DNA of 64,000 nt, taken from a virus (lineage: Duplodnaviria > Caudoviricetes). The DNA is taken from IMG/VR virus record IMGVR_UViG_3300016471_001002, positions 128,001 to 192,000 of that record; one strand, given 5' to 3'. Shown in pieces: positions 28,080 through 37,883 of this stretch. The notes below the pieces were generated by a model. It was not told the origin of the DNA, made no database searches, and was given only the letters and a program-made list of their open reading frames with translations. Both the position numbers and the translations under genes were made by a program. Within the stretch, counting starts at the first letter, position 1; every line of letters begins with the position of its first letter.

Positions 28080-28294
28080 AAAAAGGCGATTTAGTCAGGT
28101 TCGAATACCTCTCTCGACATTCATCTGGCGTTGGATGGGAATTCCACAGGGGTGTGGGGGTCATCGTAAAGCACGACTTGAAAGAAGATTCATACGCGAT
28201 CATGACGAAGAGCGGTAACATGATCGAGAGGCTCGACATTCAGCTAGAGTTGATTTCAGAAAACAGCGAAAATGTTGAGAAGAACGAAGGTTAA
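28076..28294 (+). CDS. small SH3/KOW-like protein
   Basis: KKGDLVRF...GVGVIV. Confidence 0.7.
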   Translation: MKKGDLVRFEYLSRHSSGVGWEFHRGVGVIVKHDLKEDSYAIMTKSGNMIERLDIQLELISENSENVEKNEG

Positions 28295-28535
28295 AATTGG
28301 GTCCATGGTCGTGTTAGCAAAGGGTTTACCTGATGATCCAATGTATCAAACGTCATTGTGGGAAACAGACCTTCATTTCCTTAGGGATCCTTTTACTTTA
28401 AAAATTTCTGGCGTCTGGATCGAACAGCGAGACATTTGTATCGTCATCGATAGAATCGGTACTGGGTTTGTTCTTTTAACTCCGCGAGGAGAAATTGGGT
28501 GGATCGGCAAAGAAAGAATGGAGATTGTTAGGTGA
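28272..28535 (+). CDS. small SH3-like protein
   Basis: KIGSMVVL...VLLTPRGEIGWI. Confidence 0.7.
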   Translation: MLRRTKVKIGSMVVLAKGLPDDPMYQTSLWETDLHFLRDPFTLKISGVWIEQRDICIVIDRIGTGFVLLTPRGEIGWIGKERMEIVR

Positions 28536-28744
28536 ATAAAAAAGTTTATTTATCTCTTTTGCAAAAAAATAATAATGATGTAAAAATCCTTGGCGTCTAT
28601 TCAACGGAAGAAAAAGCTATAAATCGTTGTTTAAAAGAACCATGCTTTTCCCACCAAGGATGGAGGAAAGAATCCATAGAAAAGAATCACTGGCATAATG
28701 GATATGGTCTTTATACGAAGGTATTAGAATCAGCAATAGAATAG
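28532..28744 (+). CDS. hypothetical protein
   Basis: ILGVYSTEEKA motif. Confidence 0.6.
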   Translation: MNKKVYLSLLQKNNNDVKILGVYSTEEKAINRCLKEPCFSHQGWRKESIEKNHWHNGYGLYTKVLESAIE

Positions 28745-28813
28745 ATGTTATGAACAAGAAATAAAAATGATGTAAAATAAAAAGTATCCCTTTCGGGCAG
28801 AAAGAAAAATAAA

Positions 28814-29032
28814 ATGAGTGATGAAACAACGACAGTCGGTCCTGATCCAAGCACAATTCTTTGCAGAGTAGTTGATGTCAATTCTGCAATACAAAACGCT
28901 TTTACAAAATTCCTAGAATCTGAAAGCAAGACTCTTGAAGATCTTGCAACTTCTTTACGCGATGAGATGTCTCAAATCGAATTGTTCGTTCCAAACATGT
29001 CAGCTGCTGAGCAAACAGACCAGACCGGCTGA
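28814..29032 (+). CDS. hypothetical protein
   Basis: 72-aa ORF before terminator. Confidence 0.55.
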   Translation: MSDETTTVGPDPSTILCRVVDVNSAIQNAFTKFLESESKTLEDLATSLRDEMSQIELFVPNMSAAEQTDQTG

Positions 29033-29053
29033 TCACAATGATCATTTGAAATT

Positions 29054-29081
29054 AAAAGGCTTCTTCATTGAAGCCTTTTTT
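29054..29081 (+). terminator. intrinsic terminator
   Basis: AAAAGGCTTC-ttcatt-GAAGCCTTTT plus T run. Confidence 0.75.
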
Positions 29082-29114
29082 GTATAATTTAAAAGCAGGA
29101 AATAGGATATCAAT

Positions 29115-29414
29115 ATGCCAAAAGCTACTAGTAAAGAAAAAGAAAAAACAACGTTTTATCCTGAACAAGGAACAGCATTTTGCGACAAGAGTTCAACTCA
29201 AAAACTTTTGATTGTTGAATCTCAAGAAAATCTCGCTGTAATTAATGATTTAGAAGATGGTTTCGTTGCCGTTTATTCTTTAGAAAGCGGTCACGAAGAT
29301 TTTGCTAATTGGTTGCAATCTGTAAAAGATGGTAAAATCGAAGTCGTGTGGTGTCCAGTGATGAAAAGAGTTGAAAACAACAAGGATTATTTAAAGCACT
29401 GGAAGCTTTCATGA
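29115..29414 (+). CDS. hypothetical protein
   Basis: TG-TATAAT and SD upstream. Confidence 0.6.
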   Translation: MPKATSKEKEKTTFYPEQGTAFCDKSSTQKLLIVESQENLAVINDLEDGFVAVYSLESGHEDFANWLQSVKDGKIEVVWCPVMKRVENNKDYLKHWKLS

Positions 29415-29614
29415 AACGCATCGGTGTTTCTGCAACAATACGTTTGGACGCTTATAAAATCATTGATGAGGTTATAGATCGAGCCATTCGATACGGATAT
29501 CGTCGTGCACATAAACATGTGAACAATCCCTCTGAAGAATCTTTGATAATGGAAATCCATAATTCAGTCATGAATGATTTAAATGACGTTTTAAAGTTCG
29601 ATGAAGAGTCTTGA
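29411..29614 (+). CDS. hypothetical protein
   Basis: coupled ORF. Confidence 0.6.
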   Translation: MKRIGVSATIRLDAYKIIDEVIDRAIRYGYRRAHKHVNNPSEESLIMEIHNSVMNDLNDVLKFDEES

Positions 29615-29738
29615 AAAAGAATCTAACGGTTCGGTTTTTATAATCCTTCAATTATTGTTGATGTTTCTTCCAATTTCTGTCTTTTTTATCCCAGCACTTT
29701 TAACAATTTTCTTTAATGAAAAAAAAGAGAATGAAGAG

Positions 29739-29767
29739 TGTAAATAGAAAGATATTGAAGTTATATT
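29739..29767 (+). promoter_or_regulatory. early-type promoter for tRNA-Ile(UAU)
   Basis: TGTAAA-N17-TATATT. Confidence 0.65.
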
Positions 29768-29781
29768 AACAATATAAACAC

Positions 29782-29856
29782 CCGCCTGTAGGGCCGGTTG
29801 CCCTAGGAGTTCTTATAAAGCTCCGTTGCCTGGTTCAACTCCAGGCAGGCGGACCA
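29782..29856 (+). tRNA. tRNA-Ile(UAU), atypical D-arm
   Basis: acceptor CCGCCTG/CAGGCGG, loop CTTATAA, T-arm CCTGG-TTCAACT-CCAGG, encoded CCA. Confidence 0.8.
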
Positions 29857-29874
29857 GACCAGCCAAGAGGAAAA

Positions 29875-30186
29875 ATGAATCTTCAATTAAATCCTAATCA
29901 ACTTCTTGCACTGTATGAATTAGTTGTTCATGCTACGTCTACTTCTTCTGACTCTAAAAAGAAATCTACTTTTATTGAATTAAAAGAGAAGCTTCATGAC
30001 ACCATATCAAACTCTTTAAACCAAGTGAATGATGAGAAAAATAAAGAAAAACTCTCTGCGTGGTTAGGAAAAGAAGAACAAAAAATTAATCAATTAAATG
30101 ATGAGCTTTCAAAGCTGCGTCAAACTAGAATTGACAGTTCAAAAGAACCAGACGATGGTCTTTATTTTCGTCCCGAAAAGAAGTAG
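29875..30186 (+). CDS. hypothetical coiled-coil protein
   Basis: GAGG SD, 103 aa. Confidence 0.6.
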   Translation: MNLQLNPNQLLALYELVVHATSTSSDSKKKSTFIELKEKLHDTISNSLNQVNDEKNKEKLSAWLGKEEQKINQLNDELSKLRQTRIDSSKEPDDGLYFRPEKK

Positions 30187-30202
30187 ATGATAAATAATTT
30201 TA

Positions 30203-31510
30203 GTGCTAATTTCTATCTTTACTCCAACAAATAATACTTCTTGGTTACCAGAAGTCTGGTTATCATTATCAGATCAAGACGTCCATTTTGAATGGATTAT
30301 TGGGTTGAATGGCAGAGCGGATAGAAAAAACATTCCACAAGATGAAAGGATCAAAATCATTGAGACCGGCGCTTGGGATGGCGTTGGTGATGCTAAAAAG
30401 AAGCTTTGCGAAGCTTCCTCAGGTGAAATCCTTCTTGAATTAGATCATGATGATATCCTTGCAGAAGGCGCCTTAAAAGAGGTCCTCGAATCTTTTTCAG
30501 ACCCTCTTGTAGGGTTTGTCTATTCTGATTGTGCTGAATGGATAGAGTCCACGGGTCAACCTTTTACGTATTCCAAAGATTATGGATGGGAATCATATCC
30601 TTGTGAGATCCGCGGGAAAAAGCTACTAGCTACAAAATCATTTCAACCCTCTGCAAGATCTATTTGCCAGATTCTATACGCACCTAATCACTTGAGAGCT
30701 TGGAGAAAGTCCGTCTATCTCGAAGTCGGTGGTCATGATTCATCTCTAAAGGTAGCAGATGATTTTGATCTAATCGCTAGGACATACCTCATCACAAAAT
30801 TCAAACATATCCAGAAGCCACTCTATTGTTACAGACGTAGGTCTGATGGTGGAAACACATGGCTTCAAAATGTGAATGAAATCCAAAGGCTTTGTGGACA
30901 AGGAGCTGATTTATCTATTCCAGCAGAATCGCAACCGATGCTCCTGAGAGACAAGTACCTCCATAAGCTTGTTGAAAGAGAGTGCGACTTAAAAGAGTTG
31001 CCTAAAATTGACATCGGCGGAGGAATATTTGGCGCGCCTGGGTGGAAGACGCTTGATGTATCTGGACATCCTGATATTCAACACGACGTCTTTGGTTCTA
31101 AAAAGCTTCCATTCAAAGACAATTCCATTGGAGCTTTTCGAGCCTTTGATTTCTTGGAGCACGGACATGATGAAGATGCATTTTGGCTGATGGATGAAAT
31201 CTATCGCTGTTTAGTTCCAGGAGGGTGGTTCTTATCTTATACTCCTCATGCATTAGGAATAGGAGCTTCATGTGATCCATCTCACAAAGCAAGATGGGAT
31301 GAAAGAAGATTTCTATACTGGTGTCATTCAGGATTGAGACCATTCCTAGAATCAGCTTACCCTCTAGCAAAGGCAAAATTTCAAGCAGTCAGGCTTTATA
31401 AGGAACTGAGAAAAATGGGACCGCATCCATATTCTTATGATATTCCTTATCTAGTTGCAGACTTGTGCGCACTAAAAGGACAACGCCAACCCGGGGCCAA
31501 GTATATTTAG
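30203..31510 (+). CDS. GT2 glycosyltransferase fused to class I SAM-methyltransferase-like domain
   Basis: ISIFTPT...LELDHDD; KIDIGGG...AFDFLEH...YRCLVPGG. Confidence 0.8.
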   Translation: MLISIFTPTNNTSWLPEVWLSLSDQDVHFEWIIGLNGRADRKNIPQDERIKIIETGAWDGVGDAKKKLCEASSGEILLELDHDDILAEGALKEVLESFSDPLVGFVYSDCAEWIESTGQPFTYSKDYGWESYPCEIRGKKLLATKSFQPSARSICQILYAPNHLRAWRKSVYLEVGGHDSSLKVADDFDLIARTYLITKFKHIQKPLYCYRRRSDGGNTWLQNVNEIQRLCGQGADLSIPAESQPMLLRDKYLHKLVERECDLKELPKIDIGGGIFGAPGWKTLDVSGHPDIQHDVFGSKKLPFKDNSIGAFRAFDFLEHGHDEDAFWLMDEIYRCLVPGGWFLSYTPHALGIGASCDPSHKARWDERRFLYWCHSGLRPFLESAYPLAKAKFQAVRLYKELRKMGPHPYSYDIPYLVADLCALKGQRQPGAKYI

Positions 31511-31620
31511 CCATATGAGCATTAAAGGTTTAGTGACGTTCATCGTCCTTGCAACTCCATGGACGTTTGTGATACCAGGCATCTTGTATCTTTATAAGAC
31601 ATTAAAAAATAAAAAAAAAT

Positions 31621-31647
31621 AAAGCCGAGGTTTCCCCCGGCTTTTTT
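31621..31647. terminator. bidirectional intrinsic terminator
   Basis: A run-AAAGCCG..CGGCTTT-T run between convergent units. Confidence 0.75.
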
Positions 31648-31778
31648 ATTTCAATTTATTCAAGAAGATTCTTGTTCAAGTAACTTCAATCTTTCTTTTT
31701 CTTCACGCTTACACTTTTAAAGTTAGTAACTAATAATGTAAGGTAAACTAACGTGATGCATCTAAGTAGTTGAAATCA

Positions 31779-33713
31779 TTAAGAGTCCCGCCATAAATTA
31801 TTTGAAGCAAAGACTAGGATCTCCTCCGCAGATTCTGCTGAATACCCATATTCTTTCATAAGAGTCTCCACCATGTCTGAGTATTTCTTTTGTTGATCCT
31901 CGTCGCGGGTCTTTGACTTGGTCACTATACGAGCCATTGACCTGACTGAAGAGATCAAGTATGATTCAATTGCATTCTTAAGGGGCTCATAGGTCTTGAA
32001 AGAGACCGTCTCGCCGCGCCTCATTTTTGCAAACATGTAGGCGGTGACGTCTGAACGGAATCCGTCTCGTGACGAGCCGGTAACTCCGATTTGTTCTTCG
32101 ATTGAGGCCATGAATCCTTCGTCTGGTTTTCGCTCTTCTTTTGTAACTCTATCCTTGAGTTTTGCACGTGTTGTATAAGCCTCAGCATTATCAAGATAAG
32201 AATCAAATAAAGCTTGAGCTTGTTCTTCATACGCTGAGATAAACGCCTTTGCGATTTCATTCTCAAGTATCTTTAAGTACTCTTCTCTGATCGTTTTCTG
32301 GAGAAGCTCTAGGCATTTTGACTTGAGGGCTTCATCGATCAATTGCTCTTTGACCATCTTCGTCAATGAGTCAAGGACAGAGATGGGTGTGATCATGTTC
32401 TTATCTGATGCAGTGAGAGCGTTGTCAAGAGCCTTGGTGATGAAACGAGTTGAGATGCCGTCCATTCCCTCGTGCTTGGCTTCTTCACGAAGATCCTTGA
32501 TGTCTACCTTACGAACGCGGCCTTTCTCGAGGACTTCCTCACCATTGTAGATCTTCATCTTGGTGAGAAGGTCACACTTGGCAGAATCCTTGAGACGTGA
32601 CATGACAGAGAACATGGATGCTACCTTGAGGGTGTGTGGGGCGATGTGGGCCTTGAACTCAGACTTGCCTAACATCTTCTCATAGATCTTGACTTCTTGA
32701 TTCAATTCAAGACAGTAAGGAACTGAGATCTTGACGATACGATCCATGATGGCTTCGTTGGTGTGTTCAGACTGGAATCGATTCCATTCTGCCTCGTTGC
32801 AGTGTGCTAGGATGACACCGTCGAAGTGTAACATGTCTGATTTGCCGGGAGATGGAACTCTCTTTTCCTGGGTGGCGGTGATGATGGTGTGAAGGAATTC
32901 AATTTCATTCTTGAAGACCTCGACGAGTTCCACGATACCGCGGTTACCGACGTTGAATGCACCGTTGAGCGATAGAGCTCTTGGATCATCCTCGGCAAAC
33001 TTATCTAATTTAGAAATATCAACAGATCCGATGAGGACTGAGACGTCTTGGGAGTTTGCATCCATTGGAGGAACGGAAGCTACACCACGACGAGCTCGTT
33101 GCGAAAATGTGACTTCTTCAACTTCAAAGTCTTCGTACTTTCCAGCATAGTCGTTGAGAAGTTTGTGGCGGGCGACGGGAGAAATGTCACCGTCAATCTT
33201 AACCCCAAGCGATTCTTCTACGGATTTTCGAAGAGAACGTGGGATTAATTGTAAAGGTTCACCACGGTGTGGATCGCCTTTCAATGCAAAGTACTTCTTC
33301 TGCTCTAGAGCCTTCTTGATGTGCTCAGTAAGTGCAGATTTACCAGCTCCAACTGGACCCATGAGAAGAAGAACCTGACGAGATTCTTCACCTTTGTGAG
33401 CTGCGGATGACAAGAAGCTCATGACTTTTTCGATGACGTTCTCCATTCCGAAGAACTCGCCTTCAAAGTACTTGTGAATCTTTATTTGTTCGCCGTCGAA
33501 AACCTTAAATTTTCTTGAATCAGAATCCGGCATCACGTAAGATCCATGCTCTTCTATTGCATCGTGGAGTCTTTTGTGCGCTGATTTGACGATAGAAGGA
33601 TCTTTCTCCACCATCTCGATGTAGTCCATTAGATTGCCAGAGAATTTCTTCTTCTTGCTTGATTCTTCGCGTTGTGCCTTGATCTGTTGGAGAAGTTGCT
33701 TTTTGATGCTCAT
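31779..33713 (-). CDS. prkA: PrkA/YeaG family AAA+ ATPase ('serine kinase')
   Basis: LLMGPVGAGKS, ANRGI-like NRGIVELVEVFK, vPYcL motifs; 644 aa. Confidence 0.92.
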   Translation of the reverse strand: MSIKKQLLQQIKAQREESSKKKKFSGNLMDYIEMVEKDPSIVKSAHKRLHDAIEEHGSYVMPDSDSRKFKVFDGEQIKIHKYFEGEFFGMENVIEKVMSFLSSAAHKGEESRQVLLLMGPVGAGKSALTEHIKKALEQKKYFALKGDPHRGEPLQLIPRSLRKSVEESLGVKIDGDISPVARHKLLNDYAGKYEDFEVEEVTFSQRARRGVASVPPMDANSQDVSVLIGSVDISKLDKFAEDDPRALSLNGAFNVGNRGIVELVEVFKNEIEFLHTIITATQEKRVPSPGKSDMLHFDGVILAHCNEAEWNRFQSEHTNEAIMDRIVKISVPYCLELNQEVKIYEKMLGKSEFKAHIAPHTLKVASMFSVMSRLKDSAKCDLLTKMKIYNGEEVLEKGRVRKVDIKDLREEAKHEGMDGISTRFITKALDNALTASDKNMITPISVLDSLTKMVKEQLIDEALKSKCLELLQKTIREEYLKILENEIAKAFISAYEEQAQALFDSYLDNAEAYTTRAKLKDRVTKEERKPDEGFMASIEEQIGVTGSSRDGFRSDVTAYMFAKMRRGETVSFKTYEPLKNAIESYLISSVRSMARIVTKSKTRDEDQQKKYSDMVETLMKEYGYSAESAEEILVFASNNLWRDS

Positions 33714-33744
33714 GATCTATATGTATTCTTTCTTTTTCTTGAAG

Positions 33745-35052
33745 TTAATCGATTTCCCACGGTTCTTCTTCGAGAAGCGTATAAAATCTCACCGGTCCAC
33801 CCCAAAGATATTTAATATGCTCGACGACTTCGTTTGCGTGTTTTATTTCTAGATCTCTGCCGTCGTGCTCGTGACGTACTACTAACATTCCGTCTCTCTT
33901 CATTTCATCAACGTAGACCACCGGGATTGATCCGCCTGCCACGTTCTTGATCAGTTCATCTTTAACTTTTTCCCACCCTATCTCGTCGGAGACATCGTCG
34001 ATCGAAACTCCCGCTTTTTTCTTTGATGAATACGAGAAAAGGTTGAGCTCAACGCAGTCTTCTTCTGTCAAGTACTGTCGTAGGAATGATGCATCATAGC
34101 AGACCTCACGTGCCAAGAAGCATTCATCAATGCCATGACGTTCTTTGATCTTCTGGAATAGATGGAATCCAAGATGGTATGGATTAATTCCGCCGACATG
34201 TGGACGAACAACTGCGTTGTGCATCTTGACGATGGGTAAATGAAGTCCATCTGGAAGTTCTAATTCGTGGCACAACGTGTAGTGCCAGTAAGAGGCCCAA
34301 CCTTCATTCATTATCTTGGTTTGGATCTGGGGCCAGAAGTATTGACCTTCTTCACGACAGACATGTATGATGTCTCGTTTCCATTCCGGGATCTTTGCAT
34401 TTTCTTCTATGAAGCCTAGTAGATCATAGTCTGGTTCGATCGGAACCATGTCTATGTTGAAGTTTTTATATCTGCCGTCCTTGTCGTTGTTGATCAATTC
34501 GACATATTCAGCTTTAATTTCAGCATGGGGACGCCTTACCTGTCCGTACTTCGTCGTTTGAAATTGAAGAGCCTGACACGCGTCGATGGTTCTTTCAACA
34601 ACTTCAATTCCGATGTGCTGATTTTCTACGTACCCCTGGATCCTCTTCTTTGCAGACCTCAGACGCTGGATGACCGATTCTGGTCTGGTGTTCTTGAACA
34701 TCCTGTTATTCTTGAAGAAATCGCTATGACCAACGCAGTGGGCCATGATGAGTATCTGGAGGTAGAGGGGGTTTTCTCTCATCAGGTAGGCAAGAGAAGG
34801 ATCAGAATTGATGATGAGTTCGTAGGGAAGACCTTCCATACCGACGTTGTATCGTCTCATGGTCTGTTCGAAAGACTTGCCAAAAGACCAATGAGAATAC
34901 ATGGAAGGCATACCGTGGTGCACCATGGCGCCGATCATTTCATGGTAATCAATGACTTCATAGTCTAGCTCATACCAGTCAAGGTTGTGCTTCTTGGCAA
35001 GAGCGACGATCTTTTCATCCCATTCTTTTAGATCTTCTAGTTTATAATCCAT
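33745..35052 (-). CDS. spoVR: SpoVR family protein
   Basis: HWSFGK, YELIINSDP, AHCVGHSDFFKNN, KIMNEGWASYWH, NPYHLG. Confidence 0.92.
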   Translation of the reverse strand: MDYKLEDLKEWDEKIVALAKKHNLDWYELDYEVIDYHEMIGAMVHHGMPSMYSHWSFGKSFEQTMRRYNVGMEGLPYELIINSDPSLAYLMRENPLYLQILIMAHCVGHSDFFKNNRMFKNTRPESVIQRLRSAKKRIQGYVENQHIGIEVVERTIDACQALQFQTTKYGQVRRPHAEIKAEYVELINNDKDGRYKNFNIDMVPIEPDYDLLGFIEENAKIPEWKRDIIHVCREEGQYFWPQIQTKIMNEGWASYWHYTLCHELELPDGLHLPIVKMHNAVVRPHVGGINPYHLGFHLFQKIKERHGIDECFLAREVCYDASFLRQYLTEEDCVELNLFSYSSKKKAGVSIDDVSDEIGWEKVKDELIKNVAGGSIPVVYVDEMKRDGMLVVRHEHDGRDLEIKHANEVVEHIKYLWGGPVRFYTLLEEEPWEID

Positions 35053-35053
35053 G

Positions 35054-36217
35054 TCACTCCTCCGTTTGTGTTCCGCCCATGAGGCTCAAAAATGCCGGCC
35101 AAACATCTTCACGCTTGTTGATCCTGACTTCTTTTAGTCTAGGTCCCTGGTGCGGTCTAAGAAGCTGGTACAGCTTTCCAGGATCTGATATCCAGCTAAT
35201 TTCTGGTTCGATTTCACAGTAACCATACAGCTGGGCAACAGAGGTTAACTTTGCTGTTTCTTCTAGAAATTTTTCATTGTCTTCTGGGAAGTTGTCACCG
35301 TCAGAGCACTGGAACATATAGATGTTCCAAGATGAAGGATGGAAACGCTTTTGTATGATGTCATTGACCATGACTAGAGCAGAAGATGCCTTCGTTCCAC
35401 CAGTGGAAGCCTTTTCGAAAAAGTCTTTTTCTTCAACTTCTTGAGCCTCTGTGTCGTGGGAGATGAACACAATCTCTATTGTTTCATACTTGAGACGTAG
35501 GAACTGATAAAGAAGGAAGAAGAAAGACCTTGCAAGGAACTTCTTTTCTTGGCTCATGGATCCGCTGACGTCCATGACGAAGAAGATGACAGCATTCGTG
35601 CAAGGCTTCTTTGTGACTTTGTAGTGGCGATACTTTAGATCATCTTCATGAAAAGAGAATGTCTCGCCTTCTTCTGCTTTTTCTGGATCAAACCCTGCGG
35701 CTTTCATTCGCTTGATACGAGCGATAGCGGATTTTTTTCTATCCAGACGGGGCATAATTCCCTGCGGACGGTAGCCCTTACGCTTCATCTTTTCTGTATC
35801 GATGTTGCTTAGGCGTTTCTTTTGAAGTTCTGGGAGTTGCAGTTCAGCAAAGAGATACTGGGCTAATTCTTCATGGGTGATTTCTACGTCATAGTATTCT
35901 TCACCCTTATCGCCACCGGCCTTATTAGGCTGACCACCCTGCTGTTGCTGTTGATCTCCTATCTTTTGTCCACGCTTAATATCTTTTCCAGGCGCAGAGC
36001 CGACCTGCTTTCCGTTATCACCATAAACAAATCGATATTCTTTTATTCCCCTAACTGGAATTCTATATTTTTGTTTTCCATCTTTTGAGATGATGCTTTC
36101 ATCTGCAACGATGTGGTGGATGCCGTCTCGAATGGCTTTTTCGATTTTTTGCTTATGCCTTCTGCGGTCTGACGCAGTTCGGTCAGCGACTGTTTTATGT
36201 TCACGAAAAATGCTCAT
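35054..36217 (-). CDS. yeaH: YeaH/YhbH (DUF444, vWA) family protein
   Basis: AVIFFVMDVSGSM, GGTKASSA, NIYMFQCSDGDN, YGYCEI. Confidence 0.92.
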   Translation of the reverse strand: MSIFREHKTVADRTASDRRRHKQKIEKAIRDGIHHIVADESIISKDGKQKYRIPVRGIKEYRFVYGDNGKQVGSAPGKDIKRGQKIGDQQQQQGGQPNKAGGDKGEEYYDVEITHEELAQYLFAELQLPELQKKRLSNIDTEKMKRKGYRPQGIMPRLDRKKSAIARIKRMKAAGFDPEKAEEGETFSFHEDDLKYRHYKVTKKPCTNAVIFFVMDVSGSMSQEKKFLARSFFFLLYQFLRLKYETIEIVFISHDTEAQEVEEKDFFEKASTGGTKASSALVMVNDIIQKRFHPSSWNIYMFQCSDGDNFPEDNEKFLEETAKLTSVAQLYGYCEIEPEISWISDPGKLYQLLRPHQGPRLKEVRINKREDVWPAFLSLMGGTQTEE

Positions 36218-36270
36218 GATCTTTGATTATAAGTACACATTAACTCTGCATATCTTCAAAAGATAAATGA

Positions 36271-36423
36271 TTAATTCCAAAAATGAAAATCATCTGGAAA
36301 GTCTAGGTTCCTGCTGCTTGATAATGAAGGTTTTGGAATGGATCCATTCTTTATTCTTAACGTTCCAATGAATAAACTTATGCTGATAGCTGCAATAGCA
36401 GCGTGACAAATTAATATCGCCAT
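36271..36423 (-). CDS. small membrane protein (50 aa)
   Basis: hydrophobic N-terminus; TATTTA just upstream. Confidence 0.4.
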   Translation of the reverse strand: MAILICHAAIAAISISLFIGTLRIKNGSIPKPSLSSSRNLDFPDDFHFWN

Positions 36424-36456
36424 ATAAATAAACCTTTTATTTTTATTTAATTCAAA

Positions 36457-36861
36457 TCAAACGTCTAGAGTTTTTGGATATCCTTTTTGTCCTGGCTTCA
36501 GTTTAGGTTTTCCTGCTTTTCTTCTTGCTCTTATGTTTGCCCAAAGACCCTTTTGGCCTTTTTTCTTTTTTGCTTCTTGAACCATCGCATGATCTAAGTC
36601 GACGATCATCATTCCATCATCATCACAAGGAATATTATGAGATTTTGATTCTATGTACCCAAATAGGTCAGACATATCATTATATGCACGTCCTAATTTG
36701 TATTGAACCCACCCGGGTAATTCATCATTTTCTCCAATGATATTTAACAACATGTTTGCCATGTCAGATATTCTATGTAATTGAGAAGTAGCCATTTCAC
36801 CTTCATGATCTGGGTGCCCTTCGTTCCAATCTCGACCGTTGTGGGTTAAATCTTTATGCAT
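36457..36861 (-). CDS. phage hypothetical protein with basic C-terminus
   Basis: EGEMA.SQL...LPGWVQ.K; GLWANIRARR. Confidence 0.65.
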   Translation of the reverse strand: MHKDLTHNGRDWNEGHPDHEGEMATSQLHRISDMANMLLNIIGENDELPGWVQYKLGRAYNDMSDLFGYIESKSHNIPCDDDGMMIVDLDHAMVQEAKKKKGQKGLWANIRARRKAGKPKLKPGQKGYPKTLDV

Positions 36862-36896
36862 ATCTTCTACCTTATGGGATATATATCAAATATCAT

Positions 36897-37076
36897 ATGA
36901 AGATAACTGTAAGACAATTACGAGAATTAATTAAAGAGGTCTTGGGACAAATTAATTATCCTCCCGGGCGTTATGAACCGTCCACCGGTGAACCAGTAGA
37001 CAACCCAGAAGAGTTATACTACGATGGATTTCCTGACGGAATTGAAGAAGAAGATTCTAAGGAAGATGAAACATGA
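36897..37076 (+). CDS. MKIT-tag acidic peptide (59 aa, not in ORF track)
   Basis: MKITVRQLRELIKEV; ATGA-coupled to 37073. Confidence 0.65.
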   Translation: MKITVRQLRELIKEVLGQINYPPGRYEPSTGEPVDNPEELYYDGFPDGIEEEDSKEDET

Positions 37077-37477
37077 AAATTACACCTGGAATTCTTAAAG
37101 AAATTATAGAAGAAGCTGTCATGCTTGAAGCCCTTGGCGTTTTAGATCAGTTTGAGCTTGATTTTGAAACTATTTCAGAAGAAGTTATCTTAGAAGCAGA
37201 GTATAAAGGTAGGGAAGTTTCTCTAGGAAAACCGATGCGTGGCGACGTAAAAAAATACAAAGTTTATGTCAAAGATGAAAAAACTGGTAATGTGAAAAAA
37301 GTCGAATTCGGAGATCCTAACATGGAAATTCGTAGAGATAATCCAAAGGCAAGAAAATCTTTTAGAGCCAGACATGGATGCGGTACTCCCAGAGCTTCAG
37401 ATAGAACAAAAGCAGCATATTGGTCATGCCGCATGTGGTCTACAAAACCTGTTTCTAAAATTCTTAAAGGAAAGTGA
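37073..37477 (+). CDS. MKIT-tag protein with conserved basic phage domain
   Basis: MKITPGILKEIIEEAV; EAEYKG..KPMR..FGDP..RKSFRARHGC..YWSCRMW. Confidence 0.75.
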   Translation: MKITPGILKEIIEEAVMLEALGVLDQFELDFETISEEVILEAEYKGREVSLGKPMRGDVKKYKVYVKDEKTGNVKKVEFGDPNMEIRRDNPKARKSFRARHGCGTPRASDRTKAAYWSCRMWSTKPVSKILKGK

Positions 37478-37563
37478 TTTAACTTTCTTAGTATAAACAT
37501 TCTTGATGTCGTGATATAATCGTTGATAACATCTTTCATTAGATGGTATCGAAAGGTTATAAA

Positions 37564-37833
37564 ATGTCAAAGAAAGTATTGTCAATTTTTTGTGTTGCGG
37601 CTTTTGTCTTCGGTTGCGAGGACAAGAAGTCAGAGACAGGGTCAACGTCCGCGAGCGTGACTGTCACTTCATCAGCTACTGGGGGTCAAGGAGGCTCAGG
37701 TGGTGAGGGTGGTCTTGGCGGCGCAGGAGGAGACGGTGGCTCTTCTGACTCAGCCGGCGGATCAAAGGGTACCGGTGGGCAAGGCGGATCTACTTCATCT
37801 GTCGGCGGCGCTGGCGGTCAAGGCGGAAACTGA
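37564..37833 (+). CDS. Gly/Ser-rich low-complexity lipoprotein
   Basis: lipobox VFGC; GGQGGSGGEGG repeats; TATAAA-N17-TATAAT upstream. Confidence 0.7.
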   Translation: MSKKVLSIFCVAAFVFGCEDKKSETGSTSASVTVTSSATGGQGGSGGEGGLGGAGGDGGSSDSAGGSKGTGGQGGSTSSVGGAGGQGGN

Positions 37834-37857
37834 TTTTTAATTTAGTTTATACGAATG

Positions 37858-37883
37858 AGGCTCTGGGAAACCAGGGCCTTTTT
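37858..37883. terminator. intrinsic terminator
   Basis: AGGCTCTGG-GAAA-CCAGGGCCT-TTTT. Confidence 0.75.

Noticed and set aside
29782-29856. Reading this tRNA as an ochre suppressor (UUA)
   Set aside because: The anticodon stem pairs only with loop CTTATAA, giving UAU.
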